Positions 27,783-38,941 are shown, numbered from the stretch's first letter. The stretch: DNA of 64,000 nt from Fimbriimonadales bacterium (GCA_025998675.1 AP024673.1:459221-523220); one strand, 5' to 3'. Notes: generated by a model not told the origin, from the letters alone. Program-made: numbers and translations.

Positions 27783-28015
27783 AGATGCACCTCCGAGCGT
27801 GTGTTCACAAGGCGATTGGCGTACAACTCCTGCTCGAATGCTTCGCAGTCCAGCAGCTCTGCCCACGCACCCGCAGTTGTCTTGATAGTCTCGTCTGCTC
27901 CTGCCATATCCCCCAGTGCAGGTATCATCACGGTCAGCTCGACGCCTTCTTCCAGCCCCAGCGGCTCCAGAACGCCGCCGCGATACTTCACCTTGACTAC
28001 CCTGACCATCGCCAT
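27779..28015 (-). CDS. Antitoxin (DUF104/AF2212-like) of the vapBC pair
   Basis: The 78-aa protein starts MAMVRVVKVKYRGGVLEPLGLEEGVELTVMI, the beta-rich N-terminus typical of this antitoxin family. Its stop overlaps the vapC GTG start (GTGA). Confidence 0.6.
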   Translation of the reverse strand: MAMVRVVKVKYRGGVLEPLGLEEGVELTVMIPALGDMAGADETIKTTAGAWAELLDCEAFEQELYANRLVNTRSEVHL

Positions 28016-28118
28016 TCCCCGATAAAAGTATACCCCCTTCAGGTCTGTTGGCGGCGGTCAAAGCATCCCCAAAGCAGGATTCGCTCAAAAGGAAGCGTAT
28101 TTGTACACAGGTGGAACC

Positions 28119-29234
28119 ATGTTCAAAGGCGTGCCGTTGACGCTGGGCGTCGAGGAGGAGTACCAGATTATCGACGCGGAGAGCCGCGCGCTCGATTCGT
28201 ATGTGTCCAAAATCCTGCCCGATGGGCGCGTGCGCTTGCAGGATCAGGTGAAGGAAGAGTTCATGATGTCGCAGATCGAGGTGGGCAGCCAGGTCTGCGC
28301 GAATGTTCACGAGGTGCGCACGGAGCTGTGTCGCCTGCGCGGCGCGCTGGTGGAGATTGCCGAGTCGCAGGGCAAGCGCATCGTGGCGGCGGGCACACAC
28401 CCCTTCTCGCGCTGGATGGAGCAGACCATCACCCCGCGCCTGCGCTACAAAGCCCTCGAAGAGAACATGCAGGACATCGCTCGACGCCTGCTGATTTTCG
28501 GCATGCATGTGCATGTGGGGATTGGCGATCTGGAGCTGACGATTGATATTTTCAATCAGGCGCGCTATTTTCTGCCGCATTTGCTTGCGCTCTCGTGCAG
28601 CTCGCCCTTCTGGGACGGCAGGCGCACGGGGCTGATGTCCTATCGAAGCGTGGTGTTCGAGACCCTGCCGCGCACGGGCATCCCCGACTTTTTCGAATCC
28701 TACGCCGACTACGACCGCTTCATGAGTACGCTGGAGCGCGTCGGGGTGATTGACGACCGCACGAAGGTGTGGTGGGATGTGCGCCCGCACCCGAAATACA
28801 AGACGCTGGAGTTCCGCGTGTGCGATGTGTGTACGCGCATCGACGATGCGGTATGCATCGCGGCGATTGTGCAGGCGCTGGTCGCGTTTCTGGTGGATTT
28901 GCGGCTGGGCAACCGCTCGTGGCGGATTTATCACCGCGACCTCATCCGCGAGAACAAGTGGCGTGCGGTGCGGCATGGCGTGCGCGGGGACCTTATCGAC
29001 TTCGGCGCAGGCAAGAGCGTGCCCTTCGATGAACTTGTAGAGGAGATGCTCGCCCTGCTGCGCCCCTACGCGGAGCAGCTCGGCAGCTGGGAAGCGGTCA
29101 AGCACGCCCGCAAAATCGTCAAGGAGGGAACCAGCGCCGACATGCAACTGCGCGTGTACGACGAATCGGGCGGCGACCTCAAGGCGGTGGTGGACTGGCT
29201 GGCGGAGGCGACCTGCGCGGGCGCATGCTCTTAA
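28119..29234 (+). CDS. ybdK: Carboxylate-amine ligase YbdK (glutamate-cysteine ligase family 2)
   Basis: LTLGVEEEYQIID ... MSQIEVGS ... GMHVHVGI ... EFRVCD, motifs of the GCS2/YbdK family. Confidence 0.85.
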   Translation: MFKGVPLTLGVEEEYQIIDAESRALDSYVSKILPDGRVRLQDQVKEEFMMSQIEVGSQVCANVHEVRTELCRLRGALVEIAESQGKRIVAAGTHPFSRWMEQTITPRLRYKALEENMQDIARRLLIFGMHVHVGIGDLELTIDIFNQARYFLPHLLALSCSSPFWDGRRTGLMSYRSVVFETLPRTGIPDFFESYADYDRFMSTLERVGVIDDRTKVWWDVRPHPKYKTLEFRVCDVCTRIDDAVCIAAIVQALVAFLVDLRLGNRSWRIYHRDLIRENKWRAVRHGVRGDLIDFGAGKSVPFDELVEEMLALLRPYAEQLGSWEAVKHARKIVKEGTSADMQLRVYDESGGDLKAVVDWLAEATCAGACS

Positions 29235-29272
29235 CCTGTTCTTAACATTTCAGCGGGCATGCTTTAAAAGCC

Positions 29273-30304
29273 ATGAAACTCAGCATCGGATGGATTCTTG
29301 CGGCAAGCGTGGCAGTTCTGACGCTTGCCGCGTGTGGCACGCAGTCTTCGGAAGGCAGCAAGACCGAGCAATCGTCCCTCTCGGGCACGATTCGCATCGA
29401 TGGCTCCAGCACCGTGTTGCCGATTTCGGAAGCCGTCGCGGAAGAGTTCGCCAAGAATCACCCGAATGTGCAGCCGACGGTCGGCAAGTCGGGCACGGGC
29501 GGCGGTTTTAAGAAATTCGCCAACGGCGAGATAGACATTACAGGCGCGTCGCGCCCCATCCGTGAGGACGAAGACGCGCTCTGCAAAAAGAATGGGATTG
29601 AATACATCGAAATCCCTATCGCCTACGACGCGATGGCGGTGGTGGTGAACCCCGAAAACACCTGGTGCGATTCGCTGACCGTCGCGGAGCTGAAAAAAAT
29701 CTGGGAGCCAGCCGCGCAGGGCAAAATCACCAACTGGTCGCAGGTGCGTCCTGGTTTCCCCAATGAGCGGCTGGTGCTGTTCGGCGCGGGTACCGATTCG
29801 GGCACTTTCGACTACTTCACGGCGGCGATTGTCGGCGAGGAGAAAGCCAGCCGCGGCGATTACACGGGCAGCGAGGACGACGACATTCTGGTGCAGGGCG
29901 TCTCGCGCACCAGAGGCGCGCTGGGCTACTTCGGGCTGGCGTACTACGAAAACAATCAGGACAAGCTCAAGCTCGTGTCTATCGACAACGGCAACGGTCC
30001 CGTGAAGCCCTCGCGCGAGACGGTGCTGGACGGCACTTACCAGCCGCTGGCGCGCCCGCTGTTTCTGTATGTGAATGTGAAGTCGCTGGAGCGCCCCGAA
30101 GTCGCCGCGTTTGTGCAGTTCTGCCTGGAGAACGCGGGCAAGCTCGCGGACGAGGTGGGCTACATCGGGTTGCCAGAGCAGATTTATGAGCTGATTCGCC
30201 AGCGTGTGGAGAAACGCATCACAGGCTCCGCGTTCGGCGCGCACGGCTCGCAGGTGGGCGTCAAGCTGGAAGACCTGTATAAGATCGAGGAGGGTTCAAA
30301 CTAA
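29273..30304 (+). CDS. pstS: Phosphate ABC transporter substrate-binding lipoprotein PstS
   Basis: Lipobox (LTLAACG), then [18 protein letters not shown] ... [26 protein letters not shown]. Confidence 0.88.
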   Translation: MKLSIGWILAASVAVLTLAACGTQSSEGSKTEQSSLSGTIRIDGSSTVLPISEAVAEEFAKNHPNVQPTVGKSGTGGGFKKFANGEIDITGASRPIREDEDALCKKNGIEYIEIPIAYDAMAVVVNPENTWCDSLTVAELKKIWEPAAQGKITNWSQVRPGFPNERLVLFGAGTDSGTFDYFTAAIVGEEKASRGDYTGSEDDDILVQGVSRTRGALGYFGLAYYENNQDKLKLVSIDNGNGPVKPSRETVLDGTYQPLARPLFLYVNVKSLERPEVAAFVQFCLENAGKLADEVGYIGLPEQIYELIRQRVEKRITGSAFGAHGSQVGVKLEDLYKIEEGSN

Positions 30305-30305
30305 G

Positions 30306-31268
30306 GTGCCCAATCACGCGCCCACGGAGGTTGGAGTGGCGTACTCGCGCGCAGTGGTGCAGGTCGGCGTAAGTAGTCGCAACCGCCGCCGCGTGCGCCT
30401 TGAGGAGCGCATCGTGCGGGGCTTCCTCTTTCTGTGTGCGCTGGTCGGCGTGCTGACGACTTTCGCCATCGTCGCCATCCTGTTCACTGAGAGTCTGGGC
30501 TTTTTCGAGCAGGTTTCCGTATGGGAGTTCCTGACGGGCACGGTGTGGACGCCGACCTTCGCGAACAAGTCGTTTGGCGTGCTGCCGCTGGTGACGGGCA
30601 CGCTGCTGACCTCGCTGATTGCGCTTGTGCTGGCGGGACCAGTGGGGCTGCTGACCGCTGTTTACCTCAGCGAGTACGCCTCGCCGCGGGTGCGCCGTGT
30701 GGTCAAGCCGATTCTCGAGGTGCTGGCGGGCATTCCGACGGTGGTGTACGGCTACTTCGCGCTGACCTTCCTGACGCCGCTCTTGCAGCGGTTCATCCCC
30801 GCGCTGGAAGGGTTTAACGCGCTTTCAGCGGGGCTGGTGATGGGCGTGATGATTCTGCCGACGATTGCCTCGCTGAGTGAAGACGCGCTGTACGCCGTGC
30901 CGAACAGCCTGCGCTATGCCTCGCTGGCGCTGGGGGCGACGCGCTTCCAGACGGTGTGGGGCGTGGTCGTGCCTGCGGCGATGTCGGGCGTGTCGGCGTC
31001 GTTCCTGCTGGGCGTCTCCCGCGCGATTGGCGAGACGATGATTGTCGCCATCGCCGCAGGGCAGCAGCCCAACTTCACTTTCAATCCGCTGATTGCAGTG
31101 GAGACGATGACCGCCTACATCGTGCGCATCACGATGGGCGACACGCCGCACGGCTCGGTGGAGTACCGCACGATTTTCGCCGTCGGGCTGCTGCTGTTCT
31201 TCATCACGCTGCTGCTGAACCTCGCCAGCGAGATGGTGCGGCGGCGCTATCGGGGGGCGCGCGTATGA
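30306..31268 (+). CDS. pstC: Phosphate ABC transporter permease PstC
   Basis: Six-TM permease with an EAA-type loop ([29 protein letters not shown]). GTG 30306 lies directly after the pstS stop. Listed ORF 30204.. overlaps pstS. Confidence 0.85.
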   Translation: MPNHAPTEVGVAYSRAVVQVGVSSRNRRRVRLEERIVRGFLFLCALVGVLTTFAIVAILFTESLGFFEQVSVWEFLTGTVWTPTFANKSFGVLPLVTGTLLTSLIALVLAGPVGLLTAVYLSEYASPRVRRVVKPILEVLAGIPTVVYGYFALTFLTPLLQRFIPALEGFNALSAGLVMGVMILPTIASLSEDALYAVPNSLRYASLALGATRFQTVWGVVVPAAMSGVSASFLLGVSRAIGETMIVAIAAGQQPNFTFNPLIAVETMTAYIVRITMGDTPHGSVEYRTIFAVGLLLFFITLLLNLASEMVRRRYRGARV

Positions 31269-32143
31269 TTCAGGTCGCCAGCACGCCGCAGTGGCGCGCC
31301 CGCGAGCGCCGACGCGAGCAGCTGTTCCAGCTGCTGGGCGCGCTGATTGTGCTGTTCGCGCTCACAACACTGGTCGTGCTGCTGGCGAAGATTCTGCTGG
31401 ACGGCTTCGCGCGGCTGAATCCCGAATTTTTCACCAGTTTCCCCTCGCGCCGTGCGGCGAACGCGGGGATCCTGCCTGCGCTGGTCGGCAGCGCGTACCT
31501 GCTACTGCTCACGGCGGCGATTGCCATTCCCATCGGCGTCGGCGCGGCGGTCTATCTGGAGGAGTTCGCGCGGCGCAACTGGTTCACCCGCCTGATTGAG
31601 ATTAACATCACCAACCTGGCAGGCGTGCCCTCCATCATCTACGGGCTGCTGGGATTGCAGGTGTTCGTGCGCACCCTGATGATGGACAGGAGCCTGATAG
31701 CGGGCGCGTGTACGATGGCGTTGCTCGCGTTGCCTGTGATTATCACGGCGGCGCGCGAGGGATTGCGCACCGTGCCCAAGAGCCTGCGCGACGGCTCGCT
31801 GGCGCTGGGCGCGACGCAGTGGCAGACCGTGCGCTACACTGTGCTGCCTGTCGCGATACCGTCTATCCTCACGGGGGTTATCCTGTCGCTCTCGCGTGTG
31901 GTGGGCGAGACGGCGCCTCTGCTGGTGATTGGCGCGGTGGTCTACATCAGCAGGCTGCCCGACGGTCTCACCTCGCCGTTCACCGTGCTGCCTGTGCAGA
32001 TTTACAACTGGACGACACGCCCGCAACACGCCTTTCACGAAAACGCGGCGGCAGGGATTATCGTGCTGCTCGCGCTGCTGCTGACGATGAACGCCGTCGC
32101 CATCTACCTGCGCAACAGATACCAGAAGCGGCTGCCGATATAA
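31265..32143 (+). CDS. pstA: Phosphate ABC transporter permease PstA
   Basis: [33 protein letters not shown] loop. ATG 31265 overlaps the pstC stop. Confidence 0.85.
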   Translation: MIQVASTPQWRARERRREQLFQLLGALIVLFALTTLVVLLAKILLDGFARLNPEFFTSFPSRRAANAGILPALVGSAYLLLLTAAIAIPIGVGAAVYLEEFARRNWFTRLIEINITNLAGVPSIIYGLLGLQVFVRTLMMDRSLIAGACTMALLALPVIITAAREGLRTVPKSLRDGSLALGATQWQTVRYTVLPVAIPSILTGVILSLSRVVGETAPLLVIGAVVYISRLPDGLTSPFTVLPVQIYNWTTRPQHAFHENAAAGIIVLLALLLTMNAVAIYLRNRYQKRLPI

Positions 32144-32151
32144 TTAATCCC

Positions 32152-32919
32152 ATGCTTACTCCGGTCTGGCAGGAGTCCCTGCCGAAAGACACGCTCAGCT
32201 TCGATGTGTTGCGGCTGCCGCGCCAGCCTGCGCAACTGCTGACCCTCGACGAGGTGCGGATTCAATTTCGCGTGTGGGAGGGCAGGCAGTGGCGCACCGT
32301 GCGCGCCGCGACGCACCTTATGCAACGCGACCTGTACGCCCTGCACCCTGCGCACGAGGGCAAGACGCTGATTTTCACCGACGGCGGATGCTGGATTTAT
32401 ACCGAGAAGGAAATCATCTCCAGCGACCCCAGCCGCACCGTGCCCATCGGACGCATGGTGGACAAAGAGGGCGTTGCACGGATTGTCTGCTTTGACCATC
32501 AGGAGCAATCGCCCTACTACTATGTGCTGGAGAAGCCCCTGCTGAACGACCAGTTCTACCTTGCGCCTGACGACCTGCTGGGGGACGAGATTCAGAGCCT
32601 CGTGATGCAGATTCCCCGTCGGGCGCGGGCGTGGAGCGTGTTCTACACGAACGGTTATCGGTTTATCGTGCTGTTGCGTCCGAAGGAGAAGTTGCCCGCG
32701 CAAATTTATGGCGTGACGCAGGATCGTCTCGTGCGGCTGGAGATTCGCCAAAGCCGTCCGTATCCTCTGCAGCGGGTGAGCCTGCCTGAGGTGGGACCCC
32801 TGCGCCGCGAGATGCCCCTGTGTGTGCGCTTCGGCGACCCCAAAAACGAAGAGGCGACGCGCCTGCTGGTGATGCAAGCCACGCGCGAGAAGGTATTGCT
32901 GACGGCGTATGGGGTATGA
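32152..32919 (+). CDS. Hypothetical protein (255 aa) in the position where pstB is expected
   Basis: Clean ORF 8 nt after pstA. No Walker A/B, TM or signal peptide and no recognisable motif. Confidence 0.5.
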   Translation: MLTPVWQESLPKDTLSFDVLRLPRQPAQLLTLDEVRIQFRVWEGRQWRTVRAATHLMQRDLYALHPAHEGKTLIFTDGGCWIYTEKEIISSDPSRTVPIGRMVDKEGVARIVCFDHQEQSPYYYVLEKPLLNDQFYLAPDDLLGDEIQSLVMQIPRRARAWSVFYTNGYRFIVLLRPKEKLPAQIYGVTQDRLVRLEIRQSRPYPLQRVSLPEVGPLRREMPLCVRFGDPKNEEATRLLVMQATREKVLLTAYGV

Positions 32920-32924
32920 GGCTC

Positions 32925-33686
32925 TTAGCACCTCACGGCGACGCCCCGCGCGGCGAGGTACTCTTTCAGGGCGCGGATGGTGTAGACCCCGTCGTGGACG
33001 ATGGAGGCGACCAGCGCGGCGGCGGCATGCCCCTCGGTGAGCGCGTCGTAGAGGTGTTCAGGCGCGCCCGCTCCGCCCGACGCTATCACAGGAACCGACA
33101 CGGCGTCTGCGACCTGTCGCGTGAGGGTGAGTTCGTAGCCTGCCTGCGAGCCGTCGCGATCCATGCTGGTCAGCAGGATTTCGCCCGCGCCGAGCGCAAC
33201 GACGCGCCGCGCCCACTCGACAGCGTCCAGCCCGGTTGGCGTGCGCCCGCCGTGCGTGTAGACCTCGTAGAATGCGCCGTTCCAGCGGGCGTCGATGGCG
33301 ACCACCACACACTGGCTGCCGAACTGTTCAGCGGCGGCGCGGATAAGGTCGGGATTCTCCACCGCAACGGTGTTCAGGCTCACCTTGTCCGCGCCTGCGT
33401 GCAGAATCGCGCGAATATCGTCCAGCGTGCGGATGCCCCCGCCGACGGTGAAGGGGATAAATACCTGCTCGGCGACTCGCGCGGCGAGTTCGAACACGGG
33501 CGCGCGTCGTTCGTGGCTGGCGGTGATGTCCAGAAAGACCAGCTCGTCCGCGCCTTCGCGGTCGTACAGACGCGCCAGCTCGACGGGGTCGCCTGCATCG
33601 CGCAAGCCGACGAACTGCACCCCCTTGACCACCCGCCCGTTCTTGATGTCGAGGCAGGGGATGATGCGTCGGGTCTCGGCGGACAT
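32925..33686 (-). CDS. hisF: Imidazole glycerol phosphate synthase cyclase subunit HisF
   Basis: [19 protein letters not shown] ... [11 protein letters not shown] ... PFTVGGGIR ... ASGGAG. The listed ORF extends upstream spuriously. Confidence 0.93.
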   Translation of the reverse strand: MSAETRRIIPCLDIKNGRVVKGVQFVGLRDAGDPVELARLYDREGADELVFLDITASHERRAPVFELAARVAEQVFIPFTVGGGIRTLDDIRAILHAGADKVSLNTVAVENPDLIRAAAEQFGSQCVVVAIDARWNGAFYEVYTHGGRTPTGLDAVEWARRVVALGAGEILLTSMDRDGSQAGYELTLTRQVADAVSVPVIASGGAGAPEHLYDALTEGHAAAALVASIVHDGVYTIRALKEYLAARGVAVRC

Positions 33687-33687
33687 G

Positions 33688-36600
33688 CTACTCCTCCTCG
33701 CCGGGGCGGCGCCACTGAATGGCGATGATGGGCGTCTCGGTAGGGGCAGGCGCGTCGACCTGTGCTGTGCGCTCCGACTTGCCTCTGCGTCTGCCGCGGG
33801 CGCGTCGGCGAGCGCGGCGTGCGGACCTCGGCGCGGGCGTTGACGGCTCAACCAGCTCCATCGCCTCGTCCGTGTTGTCCACATCCAGCGCGTCGATCGC
33901 CTCAATCGGCTCAAAGGGCGACTCCTCAAGTTGAATCGGCTCCAGCACAGGCTCTTCCCAGTCGGACTCCGCTTCAAGCGCGATCGGCTCTGTACCTTCC
34001 GGCGTTTCGGGCGTGGCAATCAGTTGGAAATATGGCTCCAGTGTGATGGGTTCGCCCTGCAGGAGGCGCAGCAGCTGCTCGTGGGGGGCAGTCAGCATCA
34101 GGCGGCTCTCGCCCTCCTGCAGGTACAGCGTATGCTCCATCACGCTCTCGGCGACGATGGCGTCCTCGGCGGGGTCGTAGACGCTGAGGGGGAGCGGGAA
34201 CTGCAGCGTGCGCGTCCCACCCTTACGGGCATGCACATGCACCCATGGGTAGCGCGCCTGCACCAGGTCGCCCGTGTCCAGCCAGATGTGTCCGCCTGCC
34301 CAGCGCACCAGCGCGCGCACAATCTCAGGCGTCAGGCGTCGCTCGCCCAGAAAGACCGCCTTCCAGGTGCGGTGGTCGCATACCGCGAGCGAGGGCAGCC
34401 CCGTGTCGATATACTCGCCGATAGTGTCGCAGCCTTCGGCAATCGCGTAGAAGGACGGCTCCCACGGTTCGGGCGCGCCGAGTTTATCCACGCCGAGAAA
34501 CCGCGCGAGTGGATGTCCCTTGTTCACAATTTGCGTGCCCTGCAGGCTCGCCCATGGCTGACGCGCAATCGCCACGCCCAGCGTTTCACGCGCGCTTGCC
34601 AGCGCGTCGCGATGCCCGTGAAACAGTGTGCTGGCGTAGACCCAGACCAGCACGCGCCCATCGCGTTGCAGGCGTTTACGAATCGCCGCGTGCGCCGCGC
34701 GCGACATCCGCCAGGCGTTCAGGAAAATGACCACACGGCTGGGCGGGAAGTCGTTGCGGGCGACATCCTCCAGCAGGTAGAAACCGACCGACGCGCCGCT
34801 GCGCAGAACCGCCTCACGCGCCTGAACAACCATCTGCTCAATCAGCGGCGAGCCTGTGCGCACATAGCGGGTACTTTCGGGGTCAATCACGATCGCCACT
34901 TCCGGCGGAGTCGACGGCGTGCGTTCGCGCAGGCGCCAGAGCGTTTGCGCCTCGCGCGCGGCTGCCCACGCATCGGGATGCGCGAGCCAGCCCTCGCCCC
35001 AGGTGTCCATCCACATCTCCCCGTGCCCCAGCGCCAGCGACTGCGCCAGCGAGCGGCGATGCGCCTGCTGAACCGCTTGCGCGGTGTGCAGGGGCGGGTT
35101 ATAGTCGGCGTCGGGGGTCGCCTCCGCCAGCGCCGAACCCAGATGATGCCCTGTAGAGGGATCGGTCAACCGCGACGCCCTGCCGAACGGCGTGCGGTAG
35201 TCTTCCTCGGACAGAAAGAGCTTCTCGTGCAGATTCAGCGAGTCCACAGGCAGGGGCAGCGCGCCCAGCTCGCCCGGCAGACGGTTCGCGTAGCTGAGCG
35301 GCGCGGAGAGAAAGTCGATATGCTCCGAGCGCACCAATTGGCTCAGCGCGAAGTGTCCTGCGTGCGGGTGCTTCCACTCCAGCACATAGCCATACGGCGC
35401 GCCGACCAGCGCGCGCCCCTGCGAGGTTTCCTTGACCGCCTGCGCCAGCCCCAGAATGCGCCGCGCCGTCGTGTCGGACAGGAACCGATGGTAGTCAATC
35501 CAGCGTCCTTCGCGGCGGGGGTGATAAAAGTGCTTCACGCGCCCGTGCGGCAGGCTCGGCTGGAACGGCGGGATGGTCGCCGTGCTGAAGGAGACCTCGC
35601 CGTTGAACCAGCAGGCGCGCAGCACCACGCTGTCGCCCTTGTACTGGCGGCGGAGCCAGTCGCGGAACGCCTGCAGCGCCGCTTCGCTGGTATCGTAGCC
35701 GCCCGATTCGGACAGGAACCATTCGCCGTAGTCCAGATGGTAGCCAATCGTCGCGGCGCCCTCGTCTTCTTGCTCCACCAGCTTCACCAGCGCGATGAGT
35801 TGCTCTTTCGCCAGCTGCCACCAGCGGTCGGCGCAGACCGACGGACCCCCGACGCTGCCGTCCGCAAAGCGGATGACCGCTTCGGGATACTCCGCCTGCC
35901 ATTTGCCCACGGGCGCGAAGGTAATGCGCCACAGGAAATGCGCGTCGGGATTGGTCTCGCGCCCCAGAGTTGTCCAGTAGCGAATCTGGTCAAACGCCTC
36001 GATTGCGCCTGTCTCACGCACAGGGAGCGTGATGAGCAGGGAGTAGAGATGCACGCCCGATTCGCAGGCGAGTTGCATCTGCTGATGCACGCGCACGCCT
36101 GCTTCGGTCGTGAACGGATTGCCAAAAAAGAGCATCGGGGGGAACGCGCGCTCGCCAAAAAGGATGCTCGGCGCGCCGTTCTGAAACTGTACGCGGACGA
36201 AGGGATGACGCACGGGCGGCAGTGGCTCAGGCGCGGGGGCTTCCTCAACAACAGCGGGGGTTTCGATCGCCGCGACTGCCGATTCCTCAGCCGTTGTTTT
36301 CCTGCGTCGACGGGCGCGTCGGCGTCGAGGGGGCGTCGGTTCGGGTTCCGCCGCTGTCTCAGTCGCTTCAAGGGCGACTGGTTGCGCGTCGGGCGCGGGC
36401 GTCTCAGCCTCAGGCGCAGGCTCCATTTTTTTGCGTCGGCGGGTGCGTTTGGGGGCTTCGGTTTCGGCAGACGGCGCTTCCGCAGCGGGCGACTCAGCGG
36501 CGACAGGCTCTGCAGAAGCAACCTCTTCCGCAGCGCGTCGTCGGGTGCGTCGGCGTTTTGCGGGCGCTGGTTCGGTAGGGGGCGTTTCAACGACGGTCGC

Positions 36601-36975
36601 CGCCGCAGGCTCAACGGTTTCAGGCGCAGACTCCGTTTTTTTGTGTCGGCGCGCGCGTTTGGGGGCTTCGGTTTCGGCAGGCGGCGCTTCCATAGCAGGT
36701 AGTTCGGCGGCGACTGGCTCTGCTGGAGTCGCCTCGGTCGCCTTGCGTCGACGGGCGCGTTTCACGGGGGCAGGGGATTCGGCGGCAGTGTCCTGCGCCG
36801 ACGCCGTTGCGGGCGTTAACGCCCTCTCAGGCGCGTCCGTCTTGCGTCGTTGCCGTCGCCGGGGTGCAGACTCGGGCGCCGATTCCGCCTCAGCCGGTGT
36901 CGCCTCCTGTAGCGGCGCCGATTCGAGCGGCGCGCTCGGTTCCGATTCCGAAATCGTCTTCTTTCGCCTTGGCAT
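33688..36975 (-). CDS. Large (1095 aa) protein: repetitive K/R/E/P/A-rich N-terminus (about 250 aa) plus a large globular region, tentatively glycoside-hydrolase-like
   Basis: Long ORF with protein-like composition after residue 250. A segment ([46 protein letters not shown]) resembles the GH42-type beta-galactosidase pattern, but I cannot confirm this. No signal peptide. The C-terminus is again E/R/A-rich. Confidence 0.5.
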   Translation of the reverse strand: MPRRKKTISESEPSAPLESAPLQEATPAEAESAPESAPRRRQRRKTDAPERALTPATASAQDTAAESPAPVKRARRRKATEATPAEPVAAELPAMEAPPAETEAPKRARRHKKTESAPETVEPAAATVVETPPTEPAPAKRRRTRRRAAEEVASAEPVAAESPAAEAPSAETEAPKRTRRRKKMEPAPEAETPAPDAQPVALEATETAAEPEPTPPRRRRARRRRKTTAEESAVAAIETPAVVEEAPAPEPLPPVRHPFVRVQFQNGAPSILFGERAFPPMLFFGNPFTTEAGVRVHQQMQLACESGVHLYSLLITLPVRETGAIEAFDQIRYWTTLGRETNPDAHFLWRITFAPVGKWQAEYPEAVIRFADGSVGGPSVCADRWWQLAKEQLIALVKLVEQEDEGAATIGYHLDYGEWFLSESGGYDTSEAALQAFRDWLRRQYKGDSVVLRACWFNGEVSFSTATIPPFQPSLPHGRVKHFYHPRREGRWIDYHRFLSDTTARRILGLAQAVKETSQGRALVGAPYGYVLEWKHPHAGHFALSQLVRSEHIDFLSAPLSYANRLPGELGALPLPVDSLNLHEKLFLSEEDYRTPFGRASRLTDPSTGHHLGSALAEATPDADYNPPLHTAQAVQQAHRRSLAQSLALGHGEMWMDTWGEGWLAHPDAWAAAREAQTLWRLRERTPSTPPEVAIVIDPESTRYVRTGSPLIEQMVVQAREAVLRSGASVGFYLLEDVARNDFPPSRVVIFLNAWRMSRAAHAAIRKRLQRDGRVLVWVYASTLFHGHRDALASARETLGVAIARQPWASLQGTQIVNKGHPLARFLGVDKLGAPEPWEPSFYAIAEGCDTIGEYIDTGLPSLAVCDHRTWKAVFLGERRLTPEIVRALVRWAGGHIWLDTGDLVQARYPWVHVHARKGGTRTLQFPLPLSVYDPAEDAIVAESVMEHTLYLQEGESRLMLTAPHEQLLRLLQGEPITLEPYFQLIATPETPEGTEPIALEAESDWEEPVLEPIQLEESPFEPIEAIDALDVDNTDEAMELVEPSTPAPRSARRARRRARGRRRGKSERTAQVDAPAPTETPIIAIQWRRPGEEE
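36421..36735. repeat. Intragenic direct repeats (about 95 bp, 220-bp period) encoding the charged N-terminal repeats
   Basis: 36421-36515 and 36641-36735 are near-identical (ctcc[a/g]ttttttt g[c/t]gtcggcg...gcgtttgggggcttcggtttcggcag[a/g]cggcgcttcc...). They encode ...AE(A/T)EAPKR(A/T)RR(H/R)KK(T/M)E(S/P)APE... on the minus strand. Confidence 0.8.
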
Positions 36976-37654
36976 GGTCTTCTATCACTGGCAACTGCTC
37001 GACCCACTCGAGCAGGTCCGCAGGCGTTTCGAAATAGTAGTCGGGCTGTGTCGCGCGCAGGTCTTCGGGCAGGTGCGCGCCCCAGGCGACCGCGGCGACC
37101 TGCACGCCCGCCGCGCGTCCACAACTGATGTCGAACACAGTATCGCCGATGTAGATCGCGCGTTCAGGCGCAATTTGCAAACGCTCCAGCGCCTTCTGCA
37201 CCGGGTCGGGATTGGGCTTATGGCGTTCCGTGTCGTCGGCGGTCACCACCGTGTCTACGAACGACTCCAGCCCCAGCTTGCGCCAGCTGAGCATCAGCTC
37301 CTCGCGATTTTTGGAGGTGACCAGCCCGACCGCATAGCCCTTGCGATACGCGGTCTGTACCGCCTGCACCGCTTCGGGGATGACGCGCTCCAGATGGCGA
37401 TTGGCGGCATAGTACGCCACCTCATCGGCTTCCATGCGCTGGTGCGGCACATCGCCCGACACGCGGTCATCCAGATAGTGCATCTGCGCTTTGAGGGGCA
37501 GCCCGATCAGGCGACGAATCTCGTCGCGGGGCAGGGCAATCCCCAGATGCTTGCGGTAGGTGTAATCCAGCGCCTTGACAATCAAATCGACCGTATCGAT
37601 AAGCGTGCCGTCTATGTCAAACAGCACCGCGCACAACGGTTCGGGTTTTCCCAT
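36890..37654 (-). CDS. HAD-superfamily phosphatase (phosphoglycolate phosphatase/PPase-like)
   Basis: AVLFDIDGTLIDT (motif I), LVTSK (motif II), and K...YIGDTVFDI (motifs III/IV). The 3' tail overlaps the start of the 1095-aa ORF by 86 nt. Confidence 0.8.
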   Translation of the reverse strand: MGKPEPLCAVLFDIDGTLIDTVDLIVKALDYTYRKHLGIALPRDEIRRLIGLPLKAQMHYLDDRVSGDVPHQRMEADEVAYYAANRHLERVIPEAVQAVQTAYRKGYAVGLVTSKNREELMLSWRKLGLESFVDTVVTADDTERHKPNPDPVQKALERLQIAPERAIYIGDTVFDISCGRAAGVQVAAVAWGAHLPEDLRATQPDYYFETPADLLEWVEQLPVIEDHAKAKEDDFGIGTERAARIGAATGGDTG

Positions 37655-37669
37655 CGACCTGAGTATACC

Positions 37670-38053
37670 TCACGACAGTTCGGCGGGCACTGCCTGCGCT
37701 TTGAAGGGCAGATACTGAACAATCTGGTTCTTTTCGTTGACCAGCACCATTTTGGGTTCGACCCACTCGTCGGTAAACACCGTGCTGGCGATAATCACGC
37801 GATGCCCTTTCTGCGCTTTGTGCGCGGCAGAGCCGTAAATGGCAATCTCGCCCGATCCGGGCGGCGCGGGAATCGCATAGGTCTGGAATCGCTCGCCGTT
37901 ATCCATGACCCACACATGCACCATTTCGCCGGGCTCCAGCCCGATTGCGTCCATCAAATCTTCGTCGATGGCGATGCTGCCGATATAGTCCAGGCGGGAT
38001 TCGGTGACCCGCGCCATATGAATCTTGCCTTTTAGTCGCTCGACCAATCGCAT
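37670..38053 (-). CDS. panD: Aspartate 1-decarboxylase proenzyme
   Basis: KGKIHMARVTESRLDYIGSIAIDEDLMDA with the self-cleavage G-S site, about 127 aa. Confidence 0.92.
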   Translation of the reverse strand: MRLVERLKGKIHMARVTESRLDYIGSIAIDEDLMDAIGLEPGEMVHVWVMDNGERFQTYAIPAPPGSGEIAIYGSAAHKAQKGHRVIIASTVFTDEWVEPKMVLVNEKNQIVQYLPFKAQAVPAELS

Positions 38054-38116
38054 AAACGCTTCCTCCGAGAATAGGCAGTTGATACCGAGTCTATGATACC
38101 CAACGGCGTGCGATGT

Positions 38117-38941
38117 TCAGTCCTCTTCGCCGAGCGGAAGCGTCGGCTCGCTGGGCGTGCGCTTGATGAGGCGGTGTTCGTCGGCGATGCGCCCGCGCGC
38201 CAGACGCTGTTCAATCATCTCGTGATACTTGGGGTCAATCTCCGCCGACACGAACCGCCGCCCCAGCCGCTGGCACACCTCCAGCTCCGAACCGCTCCCG
38301 CCGAAATGCACCAGCACCACATCGCCCGCCTGCGTACAGCTGAGGATGAGCATCTCTGCCAGCTTCTGAGGAATCTGGCAGGCATGGAAGGTCTTCTCGC
38401 GGCTCACATTTTTCACCAGATCATAGTAGAACCAGCTGTAGGGCATCCGCCCCTTCTGCCCCTGCGCCATCCGCTGGCGAATGCGCCTGTCCGTTGGGTT
38501 CTGATAGGGCTGCGCCACGGCGTCCTTGAAAAACTTATTGTGGCGCGTCTTGCGGCAGTGCAGAATGCTCCGATGCGCCGTCGTGAAACGCTTCGGGCTG
38601 TGCCCGATGTTGGTGTTGTAGCACCACACATAGTCCAGCACCTCGTAGCACGCCGAGTCGAGGTAGCGCACGCGCAGGTAGGCGTTTTGCCTGGGGTAGT
38701 TGATGAAAAACATGTTCCCGTCGTCTTTGAGGACGCGCAGGGATTCACGCGCCAGCTCGATGTACCACTCGATATACTCTTCAAAGGAGCGCGTGTAGGA
38801 GCGGTCGTTGTAGCGCACGCCGACATTGTAGTCGGGGTCGCTGTAGACCATATCCACCGAACCGTCGGGCAACTGACGCATCAGGTCAAACACATCGCCC
38901 AGATAGACCCGATTGATGAGATGTTCTGGAATTGCGTTCAT
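38117..38941 (-). CDS. DNA methyltransferase, beta-class N6A/N4C type (type II R-M)
   Basis: Motif IV-like VDMVYSDPDYNVG sits near the N-terminus and motif I (VLVHFGGSGSELEVC) near the C-terminus, the circular permutation typical of beta-class amino-MTases. Start taken at ATG 38941. Confidence 0.8.
   Translation of the reverse strand: MNAIPEHLINRVYLGDVFDLMRQLPDGSVDMVYSDPDYNVGVRYNDRSYTRSFEEYIEWYIELARESLRVLKDDGNMFFINYPRQNAYLRVRYLDSACYEVLDYVWCYNTNIGHSPKRFTTAHRSILHCRKTRHNKFFKDAVAQPYQNPTDRRIRQRMAQGQKGRMPYSWFYYDLVKNVSREKTFHACQIPQKLAEMLILSCTQAGDVVLVHFGGSGSELEVCQRLGRRFVSAEIDPKYHEMIEQRLARGRIADEHRLIKRTPSEPTLPLGEED

Noticed and set aside
29235-29272. Pho-box upstream of pstS
   Set aside because: There is only one TTAACA-like hexamer (ttcttaacattt) and no second repeat at 11-bp spacing that I can see. 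This is insufficient to call.
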